Of a DNA stretch of 46,237 nt, positions 1 through 12,180 are shown piece after piece. How positions within the stretch are numbered: the stretch's first letter is position 1; every line of letters starts with the position of its first letter. Source of the stretch: Nemertoderma westbladi (Eukaryota; Animalia; Xenacoelomorpha); NCBI GenBank assembly GCA_032718475.1, contig JAUCBJ010007258.1, forward strand, positions 1-46,237, read 5' to 3'. Position numbers and translations under genes: made by a program. The notes under the pieces were generated by a model. The model made no database searches. It was not told the origin of the DNA and saw only the letters and a list, made by a program, of their open reading frames with translations.

Positions 1-1453
1 CCTCCGATGATGTGTACCCCTGACGCTTGGGGGTAGATTTTCTCATCATCTGCATTTGATTAGCAGTAAACTGTTTATTTATACTGTCTTGTGTCTCTTG
101 CAGATTTTCCAACTCCAGTTGGGTAGTCTGCTCAGAGGCTCTCCGTTCTGCTTCGGCCACTGCCCTTTCCGCCTTTGCTTCTGCCGCCGCTGCCTTTCTT
201 TCTGCTGCTGCTTCTGCCGCCTCTGCTTTTCTTTCTGCTGCTGCTTCTGCCGTAGCCGCCGCCTTTTGTTCCTCTACCCTTCTTTTCTTTATTTGTTCTT
301 CTCGGACTCTAGTGAGACGGAGTTTTTCATCACATTCAGCTTGGTTTGCAGCTAACATTTCGGTATCGATCGCGTCCAATATAAGTTTGGTTCCTTCACT
401 ATTAGGGGAAAGTCCATGTAGCCGTCTCCTCAACTCTTCGTCTCCTAGGAATCGCTGATAGTCGGACAAATAAATGTCGATAGCGTCTCTAGTTCGCGGT
501 TTCTCGGCGGCCTCTTCGCTTTCCTCTTGAGCAAGGGTGACATCAGTTGGTTCGGTGACATCAGTTGGTTCCTCATAGGTTGATCTCTCAGCCAGCTGGG
601 ATTTCCACTGGGCTGTTTCCTGTACTTTGAGATCTACTCGATGTAACCAAGTTTTGACAGCAACCTGCAGCGACGTGTCCTGTCTTCTTTTGGAAGTTTC
701 CTCAAAGGCTGAGAGGATTAGTCGAATGCGTAGGGTTCTTTCGCGTATTTGATATAGCAGTTCTTCCTGCTCTTGAGGTCCGTGAGGTTGTCGAAACAGT
801 TGTTCCTCCAATCGCTCCAAGGATCCGAAGAATCCCTGCACATATCCTGCTGCCGACCTCTTCCAAACAGCTGGATCCATTGTATCTTGAGCCACTCCCA
901 TCCTGTGTATATCTTCCCAAGTAGCCTCGGACAGGTCTAACGGGAGTCCGAGTCCGGGAAAGTTCCATTGTGATTCAACAATAGATATCAATTCTTCCCT
1001 GGCGTATCCTGCGTAATTATCTTGGGTCGCTTGCTTATTCTTCGCCCAGTCGGCTTGATGTTCCTCCACCGCAATGAGTATAGTAGTTAGCACTGCAGCA
1101 GGAAGAGTAAGAAGGGGGTCCGAGTAGACTGTATCAGCCATCTGCACTCCATGTTCGGGAGTCAACTCTACAGTATCCGAACTGCTGGAGCTATCCGGTC
1201 TCTGGGAAGTAGGTCCTTGACCAAGATGTTGCTGCGATAGGACAGCTGCCTCTTGGTCCCGTTTTACCTGTGCCCGAGTGCCTATGATGGACCTATGGTG
1301 GACTAGCCTAGGGTCTGATACTACTGGAGGGATGACCTTTTTTACAGTAGGAGGTGAGCCGAACTTCTCTTTTATTCGCTCCACACTCCTATCTGAATCA
1401 CAGATAGTGGTCTCGAGCAGACTGTCCGACAGGTTTTGCTGAGTGTCAGACAT
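1..1453 (-). CDS. gag: Gag polyprotein N-terminal region of copy A (partial, open to the window edge)
   Basis: Hand translation from ATG 1453 (MSDTQQNLSDSLL...WKRSAAGYVQGFF...AEAAAERK...STPKRQGYTSSE) has no stop for 484 codons. It is homologous to ORFs 17039-17680 plus 12702-17090, and is absent from the ORF track because it has no stop in the window. Confidence 0.88.
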   Translation of the reverse strand, partial: MSDTQQNLSDSLLETTICDSDRSVERIKEKFGSPPTVKKVIPPVVSDPRLVHHRSIIGTRAQVKRDQEAAVLSQQHLGQGPTSQRPDSSSSSDTVELTPEHGVQMADTVYSDPLLTLPAAVLTTILIAVEEHQADWAKNKQATQDNYAGYAREELISIVESQWNFPGLGLPLDLSEATWEDIHRMGVAQDTMDPAVWKRSAAGYVQGFFGSLERLEEQLFRQPHGPQEQEELLYQIRERTLRIRLILSAFEETSKRRQDTSLQVAVKTWLHRVDLKVQETAQWKSQLAERSTYEEPTDVTEPTDVTLAQEESEEAAEKPRTRDAIDIYLSDYQRFLGDEELRRRLHGLSPNSEGTKLILDAIDTEMLAANQAECDEKLRLTRVREEQIKKRRVEEQKAAATAEAAAERKAEAAEAAAERKAAAAEAKAERAVAEAERRASEQTTQLELENLQETQDSINKQFTANQMQMMRKSTPKRQGYTSSE

Positions 1454-1589
1454 GTTTAGTTATACAGTTGAATGTCTACTACTATAGTTTCAGTTAAAGC
1501 AAGTCTAGTAATTCAGTATGACCGCAAGCCTAGCGATTTATTACCGGTACCGTTACTCAGTGGAACGTGATATATATACAATATATTAG

Positions 1590-1835
1590 AATACCGGTAT
1601 GCTTATAATATATAAGTATTATTACAGACTAGATTTGTCACAGAGTACCGGTATATAATTTTAGCACAAATAGATATATATATATATAGTAGGCCTATAA
1701 TGAATACCGGTATACAGCTTACACTTATAGTATATAAGTATAATTCTGGACTAGAATTAATTACAGAGTACCGGTATGATTTCAGCTCAAATTTATAGAA
1801 ATAAATATAATAAGCCTACAATGAGTACCGGTATG
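1590..1835. repeat. Degenerate ~115-120 bp tandem repeats with TACCGGTA cores in the leader of copy A
   Basis: Units start ATACCGGTAT at ~1591, ~1704 and ~1825; counterpart at ~17815-18050 in copy C. Confidence 0.65.
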
Positions 1836-2775
1836 TCAATTATTTTTTAGAACAATTGAATTTCTGAATATTTTAGGGCTACTTGGTTACTTTAACTTAC
1901 TTTGTTACCGTTATTTAAGCAGTAGTCCAACTGATAGTGAGACCTAATTTTGTATGACAGGCCTACTATTTATAAATCGTTTGGGTTGATTTATAATATT
2001 TATATACCCGTTATATGGGTTTTTTGTCAATATTTGAAATAAATGTTATTATTTCTGGGGGTCACTACACAGAAGCTGAACGCCTCTCAGTGAAGTGCTA
2101 TTTATTTGACACTAAAACTGATAATTCTAATTTACCTAAGTTACTTAATACTACAAATTACTTACGATACGGGTGAGATTAATTCTCTAATTAAACACAA
2201 CAAAATATTACGTACAAAATTTTTAGGGTAATTTTACAGGAATTCTACAAACCAGTCCAACAAAGGGTTAGATTTCTGGCTATTACAAAAGGACAGGGTA
2301 CTACGGTATTTAAAATAATAAGTAGTAGTAAATATATTGTACTGTCCAGATAGGAAAATACCACCGCCTGACGACCTATAACCGTATCGCTATAGGTACA
2401 ACGTTATGTATCACGGATTGTTCCTACCCAGAAGTTAATAGAGCTAACGAATGTGCCTATCAACCACTTTACAACACAAAAATACTGCCTACACTAATTA
2501 CTTCGGAAGGCACTGTACTCTAAACCCTAAATTAGGTACAAGTACCGGTATAACAAATAATCGGTAGTTAAATATACTTGAACAGTTAAAAGAACCACGG
2601 CATCTGCTGGAGTGACCGAAGCACAAAGTCGTCAGTCTTTACCTACGCCAAGCAGCCCTGATGTAGTACCGGGGTTAGTTTAACTATAACGGTATGTATA
2701 ACAAACACAATTACTGTAGGAATAAACTTGGGGACATGAATGTTGCGAATAATCGCATAAACTCTGAATAATAAA

Positions 2776-3345
2776 TATTACGCTACCCGTACAGAATACT
2801 CAAACAAATACAAACCAAAACGCTGGCAGACTACTATTAAGCCTAAACAAACTACTGTATGTGCAGATTCTGAAACTGTTAGTTAGTATGCGTTCTAACA
2901 CGGTAGTACGACTTACTCTTTAAGAGGGGATTGACCTTACCGCTTATGGCTGCCCCAACTTACTAACGGCACTTTATCAGACCAACTCTACACACGCAAC
3001 AATCCCTTCAGGCTCAAGAATAGCTAGACAACAATCCAGCCTACAAATATTTGAGTAATAACTATTACGGTACCTGAACAGACCACACAAACAAACACAG
3101 GCTAAAACACTGGCAGACTACGATCAAGCCTAAATAAACTACAGTATATGCAGACTCTGAAACTGTTAGTTAGTATGCGTGCTAACACGGTAGTACGACT
3201 TATTCTTTAAGAGGGGATTGACCTTACCGCTTATGGCTGCCCCAACTTACTAACGGCACTTTATCAGACAAACTCTACACACGCCGTAATCTCTCCAAAC
3301 CCAACCACAGTCAGACAGCAGCTCAGCCTACAATTATCTGAACAA
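2776..3345. repeat. Two ~287-bp tandem repeats in the leader of copy A
   Basis: Marker CTGGCAGACTA at 2823 and 3110; near-identical core ...GTATGCGT.CTAACACGGTAGTACGACTTA...GGCTGCCCCAACTTACTAACGGCAC. Confidence 0.85.
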
Positions 3346-3740
3346 TCTGAGCAGGGTCACACGCCTTCTGCTCAATATTAGCCTACTAGTAAATAAAACC
3401 GACAGAAATAGGTAAATCTCAATAAAAATTCAGGGCTGCAGTCCCTGATTAAGTACTAAGACCTACCGGTATACAATAATCAAAATCGAATAATACTAAA
3501 TGTACTTGTACAGCAGTACCGGTACCGGTGATGACAGTTAGGCCTACTGACTTACAGAAGTACCGGTTCAGTTTTACCAGTCACTACGGTATTTTGCAAC
3601 CCTATTGCCTACTGCAATAAGATTGTAAACCGTTACTGTTCGCCAGAACAGTATTAAACTGTATTTAATGCCTACACTTGCAACCTTATTGCTTACTGCA
3701 ATAAGATTATAAACTGTTACTGTTCGCGCTTTTGAAGACC

Positions 3741-3762
3741 TTCGGCAGTTTAACCCGCCAAA
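3741..3762 (-). promoter_or_regulatory. PBS-position motif / stem-loop of copy A
   Basis: Sense strand TTTGGCGG-GTTAAA-CTGCCGAA; the TGG lies 9 nt downstream of the LTR end. Confidence 0.6.
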
Positions 3763-3769
3763 ATTTATA

Positions 3770-4974
3770 TGTCTTCTAGTTAATTAAAACCACTTTAGCA
3801 TACGACAATATTTTATGCTAATACGCAAAACATTAGCCGAAGTCAGCCCATGCGCGATCATTCACCCGATGGATCTACACCCGGGAGACTGAATTCGGAT
3901 GCTTGAATTGTATTATTACAGTGTAAGGTTGCAGTGTATACCTAATGTATTATTCGATAGATCGTTAATAATTAATCTCTGACAGATATTATTGGCTTTC
4001 GGGAAATATTAACAGTTCCTTTAGGACGTGGCGCTTTATCTATTTAAACAGAACTAAGACTTATACTAAAACGCAACGATACTGCTTATGATTGAAGTAT
4101 AAAGCGTATTCTTTAGGAAATACTTTGTTACCAATCACAATCATACACACTATTCTGCCGACAGTCAGTACATTTGATCACACATAAAGAGAGCAGTAAT
4201 TGACTCACGTAGGGTCTGCTAAATAACATTGGATTCAATACACACCACATTAATATAAATCGCAATTGTTATGTATAGCCGGTCTCTCTAACCTGTAGTG
4301 TTATCAAGAAAATTGGGAATTGGGTGATTTATCCGTATTATCCAAATAGCAATATTTCCATCAACAAATAAGTACAATTAATAACTGACGGTAAAATAAC
4401 AGTACAAACAATATGATTAACGCAATTAAATTAAGTGAGTTTCATTAGATGAGTGAAATGAGTTAGTGAGTTAGGTAACAGTTTATACTTTCGATAATTC
4501 AAGCAGTTTACGGTACAGCAGTATCTATCCAAAAATGCCGGTGTTTCTGGCTTAGACAGCAATAACAACAAAGTATCAAGAAAAAACAGTAAGACTGAAC
4601 ACTCTCCTTATGATCGACTAAAAAGCTACACGTTGACAGGAAAAATCGCTCTGATTGGCTCAAGCCAAACAAAGAACCGTGCGTCCAATGGCTGTTTCCA
4701 TGTCAGCAACCAGCTGTTAGATGTCGTAATATGAATTATCACGGCTAAGCTGTGAAAGGTAGTTGGTGCATTGCAGGTTTTTTGCCTTACCATGTCCACT
4801 AAAACACGTATATAGCAGAATGATTTTTATGTCCGTTAAAACACCTGTAAAGGTACCTTGCGGGCGAGGGGAATATATATACAGTTAGAAAACCTTTTTT
4901 AGAGTATTCCAGCGCCTGGGGGGGAACTGGCCAGCAAAGGCAAACGTATCAGTTATCCCACAAAAGCTTTTACA
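3770..4974 (-). repeat. LTR A (1205 bp)
   Basis: Sense termini TGTAAAAG...AGAAGACA shared with LTRs B and C; internal homology blocks such as GCGCGATCATTCACCCG, GGAAATATTAACAGTTCC and CGCTCTGATTGG. Confidence 0.88.
4647..4658 (-). promoter_or_regulatory. Putative CCAAT box in LTR U3 (also at 9342-9353 and 20800-20811)
   Basis: CCAATCAGAGCG on the sense strand is identical in all three LTRs although the surrounding sequence is diverged; it matches the NF-Y CCAATCAG consensus. Confidence 0.55.
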
Positions 4975-5425
4975 ATATCGCACGAAGCAATGTCAGTGTG
5001 AAGAGGCAAGTCGTTTCCAAGGTCTACCCAGAGCTTGGTTTAGCCGAGACACGAGGATCTGAACTTTGCATTCCTAATACTCTGCCTACCAATAATACTT
5101 AAATATAGTAGTGGCTCTATTGTACTTTAATAAGTACGGACATTTCATCTTACTGTAGTCACGTATTTATAATATGATACGGACAGTAAGGAAAGATAAA
5201 AAGAATTATTTCTTGCCGTCGCATTAAATATAATATATACGTAATTAAGTAATAAACGCGAATATATATTGCACTAATCTAATAAATAATCGCTAAAATA
5301 ACATTCTACTGAATAAAATTAAAGAAAACGATTATAATAAAATTACATAGTAATAATACATACAGAAATATAAAAATAATAAAATAATATAAAATAATAG
5401 AGTCACACACCCACTCCATATGTTG

Positions 5426-8400
5426 TTACGTTATGGAGTCCCTAGATGTTTGAAGGATTAGGGAGGTGGTCGTGGGAAGAGAATCTTGCCTTCCACAGTT
5501 TCCGGAGAGTCCTCCATTCCCTTCCGGTAAACACAAACGACCGACTGGGTGATTGAGTCGCTGCATCCCGAATACAATTCCAGGTTTCCTCTTCGTCCTG
5601 GAATAGTGACGATAGAAACATCGCTCAAAGTATATGACGGCGTTACAAAGCCGATTCCAGGAGCTATAGTGGTCCGTCGCTCCCTGCAGGAGAGGTAAGA
5701 GTCCCTGCGAGACGTCTGATGTTCCAGAGCTCCAATCGCTCCCTCTGATCTTCATGAAGGATCCACTCGCGGTGGGGAGGTCCAGATCCACGGCGTCGTC
5801 CCTGGCAATATGTAATACCGACAGATCTATCCCGGGTTCAAATAACTCCGATCCACCCGTCTGGGTTTTAGGTTTGACTTTCTCCGCTCCCTTGGCTTGT
5901 CTAATCTCAGCCGGAGTAAGATGGGGAGGCCATTCATCCTCCTTACTCAGGAAGTCGGGTTCACCCAGCCGGTCTGGAGTATCTGTCAGTTCTTGAGGAG
6001 TTGCTCCTCTGGAAGCGATGTCGGCTATATTCATCGTCTTGGGGCAATATCTCCATTGATCTACATTGGAGTTAAGATTGTCATTATCTGAGGAGTGTGG
6101 TGTTCCCTCAGTTGGGTCGTCTCCCTCACTAGTATCGTCTTCCCATTCACTCACCTGGCAGACGCGATCTTGAAGCAGTCTTTTCCTGAGGGTTCTACGG
6201 GAAGGTCCAGTAAGGTACCAACCTACTCTAGTTCTTACCGCATAGGTCTGAAGTGGTTGCGGTTGAGTAGGTCGTTTCTCTAATGTCTCCAGCGCCTCAT
6301 GCGCGTTTTGACCGATTAATATTTGTACTCCAGGATAATCGGTGTCGAATCTAGGGATGTTAAGTTGTTGGACATGATCATCTTCGTCCCAATTATAAGG
6401 TTCCACTTGGGTGGTAGCGAAGTTCTTTATTGCCACCATTTTTACTGACCTTATACTGTAACTCACCTATATAATAGTCGGCAGCTACAGTAGAATTCCA
6501 AACCTGCATGATCCCTGACATGTTTAGCTTGGTTCGGAACTTGGGTTGTCCAGCAAAGATGACTTCGGCTAGTTCTTTATCGATGAATGTTCCTGTGCTA
6601 CCGGAGTCCAGGAGGGCGTTCACTATATAGCTCTTCTGAGGTCCGTGGACCCGTAACTGGACTACAGGAAATTCTCGGATTCCTATATTGGAAGTTGGCG
6701 CTTTCCAAGATGGTTGTTGATCAGAAGTAGTTAAGGTAAGGTCGCTGTCTGTGTCTTTCTCATGCATGAGTGCTCGATACACTGCGGTGGGGTTTATTAG
6801 GTTACAGGATTCGTTTTGGTCGGAGAACTCGTCCGTATAGAATCCTTCCATCTCAGATTGATCAGTGTCGTTCACATCACTGAATTGGACATGTAGTTCG
6901 GACTCACTTACCTGACTCGGGCTGTTTCGTTCGAATTCCGTGTGCAACAAGATATGATGTTTTGCGCCGCACTTTGCACACCTTGCGTCGGAGTAACAGG
7001 TTCGCCGTTGGTGTCCTCGTCTGAGGAAATTATAACACAACCGCTTATCCCACATGACTTCACGTCTATCCTTTAGTGATTTCCTCAGGAATTTATCACA
7101 CGCATTTAAACGGTGGGGCCCGTCGCACAGCACACATTTGGGCTTGATGTTACTTACTTTAACATGTGCTGTGTGGTGCACGTTCGTTCTTTCCTCGGGA
7201 TTTCTTACATGAATTCTCTTAGGAGACGTAGGAGGAGTTTTTCTTACCTGTTCTCTCCTGTCATTGGTTCGAGACTTGAATTTACTTACTTCCTTTAGGA
7301 TTTTATTGTCATAGTAAGATCTTTCAGTGTCTTTTCCGCTGTCTTCCTCTTGAGAAGCCTGGCTTTCGCCGTCGTCTGTATAACATACTGGTGTTACCCT
7401 TCTCCTAGAAACGGGTTTCTCACTTACCTTACTTTCCGCTGTCTTCTCTCTGGACTGCTTTATGAGCTGTAATTTCACCTCGCTATCCAAGAATGACATG
7501 AGATCAGCCATGGTAGGGTCTCGTTGTTGTTGTTCCATCATATATAACACCTTCTTGTCCCAGCGTGTACCTACTCCACCCTTGGGCAAAGTAGATGCTA
7601 AGGCTCCTACAACCATAGAATTCTGGTATTCATGAGACTTACCTAACCAATCTAGTTGTCACAGATCTCCTGAATCTCATCGGAAAACTCTATAATCCCG
7701 CTGCTAAGAAACTTTCGGGGCGCCATTAATTTCGCATATAAATACCTAGCTATGTTAGTCCTATTACCATACCTGATGTTTAGTGTATCCCAAACTTGTC
7801 TTAATCCATCTGGATGTCCAATAAATTTTAACGCCATTGACTTGGGAGGTCCTTCCAAACATTCGATGAGGAATCTAAGTTTCTCTCCGTTAGATAGTAC
7901 AGAGTTATGTATGTTATCTTTGTAATATTCATTAAAAGGTAACCATTTCATCTCATCTCCATTGAACTTGACGATCTCTCCAACCTTTACCGCTTGTCGG
8001 GCTTCGGTTCTAGCCATTTGGCGTGTAAAACTTTCTTGAGCCATCGTATTATTGAATAGAGAATTATCGGTATATAAATTTCTCGGATTATGATCAGGTC
8101 TATAGGGAATGTCATTATCAACAGGTCTATAATTACCCTTAATAGGGTTCACTATAGGAGTTTCTACTTCGCTAGCAGTATATATGCGTGTAGGCTCCAC
8201 ACCTTGCGCATGAGATACTTCAGACCTAACAGGTTGACACATTGTTACCGAGGGTGGTGGTATACCCCTTTGTGTATTTACTAATTTATCGCGTTCTAGC
8301 GCGATACTTTGCTGCACTTCTTGCAACTCTAGCCTACTTTCCCTTACTGTGCCCTTGAATTGCTGAACAGTCTGCTGCATCTGCCCGAGCAGGAGATCCA

Positions 8401-8458
8401 TCCCCCGCCGTCTCTCGTCCACCCATTCGACCGCCGAAGCGGGAGTCGCCAACGTTGT
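5426..8458 (-). pseudogene. Disrupted gag-protease-pol-stub ORF of copy B
   Basis: Track ORFs 7652-8452, 6393-7616 and 5426-6466 match the 1462-aa ORF. It is broken by a 1-bp deletion at ~7660 and a 29-bp deletion at ~6460, and has CYNF instead of CYNC in a zinc knuckle. Confidence 0.9.
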
Positions 8459-8476
8459 TGTTCGCGCTTTCAGACT

Positions 8477-8498
8477 TTTGGCAGTTTAACCCGCCAAA
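8477..8498 (-). promoter_or_regulatory. PBS-position motif / stem-loop of copy B
   Basis: Sense strand TTTGGCGG-GTTAAA-CTGCCAAA; TGG 8 nt after the LTR end. Confidence 0.6.
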
Positions 8499-8504
8499 TT
8501 AGGA

Positions 8505-9642
8505 TGTCTTCTAGATAATAAATCACCTTTAGTCTATGACAAGTATTTAATTCACTACACTAGTCGAAACCAATCTGTGCGCGATCATTCACCCGCTGGA
8601 TATACCCGGGAGATTGGGTTCGACGGCTTAATTTTATTGCTATGTAAGCCTAATGTATTATTCGACTGACAGTATTATATAATCTCTGACAATATTATTC
8701 ACCTTCGGGAAATATTAACAGTTCCTTTAGGACGTGGCGCTCTATCTATACAAACAGAGTTATGACTTAAACTACTCACAACGATATGGCTTAGTTACAA
8801 TTCACATATATGGCGCATTCTTTAGGAAATGCTTCGTTATCAGTCTCACTCATACACAATGCTGCACAATACTGCACACGTGATCTGCCGATCTTCACTG
8901 ATTTTAGTCACATATAAAAGGAACACGGACCGAATCATGTAGGGTCTATCAAATAACATTAGATTCACTTCAAACCACTCAACATAGGTCGCAATCATTT
9001 ATCTGTAACCTTTCTCTCTTACCTTCGGTATATCAAGAATATTGGGTTTTCGGGGTTATTTGTCGTTATTCCAAATATAATAATTCATCAACCATATTAT
9101 GAAGAACTGACAGTAAATAGCAGTATAACAATATAAAAGTATGCACAGTGTTACACAGTATGCAGTGTATGCAGTACTGCAGTATGCAGATAACGGATAT
9201 ATGTCCTTATAATTAAGCCTACTAGTGTAGGACTAAAAACTGAAAACACGGAGGTGCCAAAAGCCGGTTCTTAGGCTCTGGGCAAAACATAACACTGAAC
9301 TACTGAGTTTCTGTATACACCTCCAACACAGAGACAACAAACGCTCTGATTGGTCAACCTGAACAACGAGAGAACAAAGAAACAAAGAAACGTCGACGTG
9401 GCAATATCAGCTGCTAGCCGTCGTCATGGTAGCGACACTGTTTTCAAGAGTATCGAGCTTTTACGTCACGGAATTACGGATTATGTCCTCTAAAGTACAA
9501 ATACAGAAGAAATAGCTTTTATGTCCGCTAAAACACCAGTACAGCAAGGACACGGCCTTTTTATGCCTGGTAAACCAACTACAGAGTATTTTACGGGAAA
9601 AATAAGGAAAAATAACCGGACAATTCAGCAAAAGCTTTTACA
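8505..9642 (-). repeat. LTR B (1138 bp), 3' LTR of copy C and 5' LTR of copy B
   Basis: TGT...ACA termini, direct repeat of 19955-21111, preceded by a PPT-like tract and followed by the PBS-position motif. Confidence 0.92.
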
Positions 9643-9650
9643 CCGCTCCC
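9643..9650 (-). promoter_or_regulatory. Polypurine tract
   Basis: Sense GGGAGCGG directly abuts the TGT of LTR B; short G-rich PPTs are typical of Bel/Pao. Confidence 0.6.
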
Positions 9651-11861
9651 AGAAAATGGGATTTTCAGTCTATAAAATATAAAAATCACAGTTTCTAAAA
9701 CATAAAGATACTCTAAACAGTTAGTTTCTTTGCGCGGACGGCGTTTACGCAGTTTCTTGAGGCTAGCAAGAGTCCTTTTCTCTTTGGGGGAGCCACTTTA
9801 CTAGGAGGGCTATAAATCCTGGGTGAAGGGTGCAATATGATTGCATCAGAAGGTGTAGGATTATGGTCGGGGTATCCGCCGTTTCGATATGCTTCTCCTC
9901 GAGCTGATTTTCCTCCGCTCGTAGCTGGATACGTTCATCCAAAAACTCTCGCAGAGAATGGGGTTGTCTAAGTGCGATATCTTCTTAGAGATTCTGGATT
10001 TCACAATCGAACTGAGATAAAGACAATTCGTTTATCGCTTGGACTTGCTGTTATAACTTACGTTTATCTGAACAAACGTAGGTTTCCTTTCTGATCTTTG
10101 TAGAATAGCGTTTAACTCGTTTGGTACAACGTTCTCCGCCACTCTGGTGACAGGTTATATCGTGTCAAGCCGGGACGATGGTAAGGGTTAAACGGCGATA
10201 TTAAATGTCCGCGTCACAATCCGGCTAGGTAAGATGGGCGGCTAGCTAGAAATCACTGTCGGAGTGTTACCGATTAATTGTTAGGGTAGCACTAGATCTT
10301 TGAACAGTGAATACAGTCCGCGAGGATCCGCGACACCACCAGGATCGCAGGTCTGAGGTCCAACTAAGGAATGAGGAGGTTTGACCGAGTATTCCGGGAC
10401 TCTGATCGTAGGTTTACTCCAGGATCGTTCGAGCCGAGTGAGCATAGGTGATACGTCAAACAAGTTTCGCTCGAAACTCCAGTAAATATAACGAGCACAA
10501 CTGTGTTTAACACAACGTTTCCGTGGATGTTTATGTCTTTCCGTTTATTAGTTGGGTCTAGGGCATTTATCATAATAATACCAAAGACGCACGTCTGGTA
10601 GGGGAAACGCGGGTGATATTTATTTGTTGTTACAATGCTTCTATCAAGAATTCCAAATATACGTTGGAGTTACCGCGTTTATTTGTTTCTTTAGTGTCTT
10701 TTCTTTCGAGTCGATTTCGAATAGAATTTTCGCATTCGAATTTCAGTTTATGGTTCCGACTCCGCTGGGCAGGATATATAGTCGACATAGTCCGTATTAT
10801 GTAAATCGATAGGATGACCAGTAGTTAAGAAGACCATATACGTACCATTACGCTGCGTATATCGAGCAGCGAATTTTCTATAGTCCAACTCGCGCGAGCT
10901 GCTCTTGGGACATTGGCGGTTCGATATAACGACCATCGTCCTCCGCAGCAGTTGGACTAACGTCGCCGCGTATTAAGCTATCAACAAACGCTTGTAAAAA
11001 TAGAGTATATCGCTCCCCGATACTAAGACCATCTTCTATCAACTCCGTCATATCTGCTATATATGAGTTTATCCATATTATAATGAGTTTATATTTAGGC
11101 GAGCGGGCGTCGCTGCCTACCCCAATCAACCCCCGGACAGTACGAGATCCTCAGCGCCGATGTGTCGTCGCCGCTGTACTTTCGCCAACGACGTAGCCGC
11201 ACAACGACAACGACAACCGGCACAAGTCACTCAACTGTCCGTCCCAAAGGCTTAGATGTACTTCAGGTTTTCCTTGGAGAGTTAGGTTACTTTTACGATT
11301 GCGACTAGCTACTGTAAACACACCTTAGCAGTAACATTCACCTATAAACTCACAAATACCACACAACTGGTCACAACTACGCACATTCGGGCCATTTGTC
11401 CGTTAGTCAATGCCTTCCAGAATGTCACTGTATTATTATGTATCCTTGGATACTAGTAGTGCGCTATTTATTCCCTATGCTATTCAATGGGACAAGCTTT
11501 CTATTGTTCGTTTAACTCAATTCTAATTCTAGCGTGGTTGTTGCTATGGTGACATTATGCAAAGCTAGCGGTAGAATTAGGGTAATTCCAATGCATACAG
11601 ATCTGGGATGTTATTTAATAGTATTCTTTAATAGTCAATGTTCGGTTTTATACATGACTTTATGAATTTTATCGGCTATTGACTATGTTTGGGAGACTTT
11701 CGCACACTCATAGGCATAATAAGATAAATCTCCGCTCCCTTGATCTATTAATTAATGGAATTTTGGGAATGTTATAAATTGCGTAAAAATGGCAATTTAT
11801 TAAATTCATTAAAAGGCATGAATTTAAATTATTCCCTGAAATTTTATTATTTGATAATTAA

Positions 11862-12180
11862 ATGGACATATTTTGATTCTAGAATATGTCTGGGGACACA
11901 AGATCCTTAATTCTATGACAATTGTCTTTTTAAGAATATCGGTAAATGCTACGATATCTTAATTGACTAGAATTGTTGAAGGATCTGAATTTACAGATTT
12001 TGATTTATTAGATTTGCAAATATTAAATAATTAATATTTGAGATGGGCACCGATTTATTCCAGAACTTGTCTGGGGACGTTAACCACTGATTCTAGAATT
12101 TGTCTTTCAAGTATATCGGTGGGTGCCGCGATATCTTAATCGACTAGAATGACAGATGGTCAAAGGGTTTAACAGATTTA
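11862..12180. repeat. Diverged ~180-bp tandem duplication in the 3' region of copy C
   Basis: CTGGGGAC at 11890 and 12071; GATATCTTAAT.GACTAGAAT at 11953 and 12130. Confidence 0.7.

Larger units (their letters stand above)
1..4974 (-). mobile_element. Bel/Pao LTR retrotransposon copy A (5' LTR, ~2.3 kb leader, start of gag; runs off the left edge)
   Basis: Colinear with copy C (about 16190-21111): LTR starting TGTAAAAG at 4974, the same PBS-position motif, the same leader repeats and a homologous ORF. Confidence 0.9.
4975..9642 (-). mobile_element. Bel/Pao copy B: internally deleted, shares LTR B with copy C, cut at 4975 by LTR A
   Basis: 4975-8458 is a close duplicate of 12254-~15810. At ~8457 the PBS-proximal leader is joined directly to mid-gag. 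Confidence 0.88.

Noticed and set aside
56-355. Cys/Phe-rich plus-strand ORF, and similar ORFs at 16291-16661
   Set aside because: Antisense shadows of the Ala/Glu/Lys repeat of Gag.
2870-2980. Hammerhead ribozyme in the leader repeats (CTGA and GAAAC words)
   Set aside because: No CUGANGA core with correctly ordered stems on either strand.
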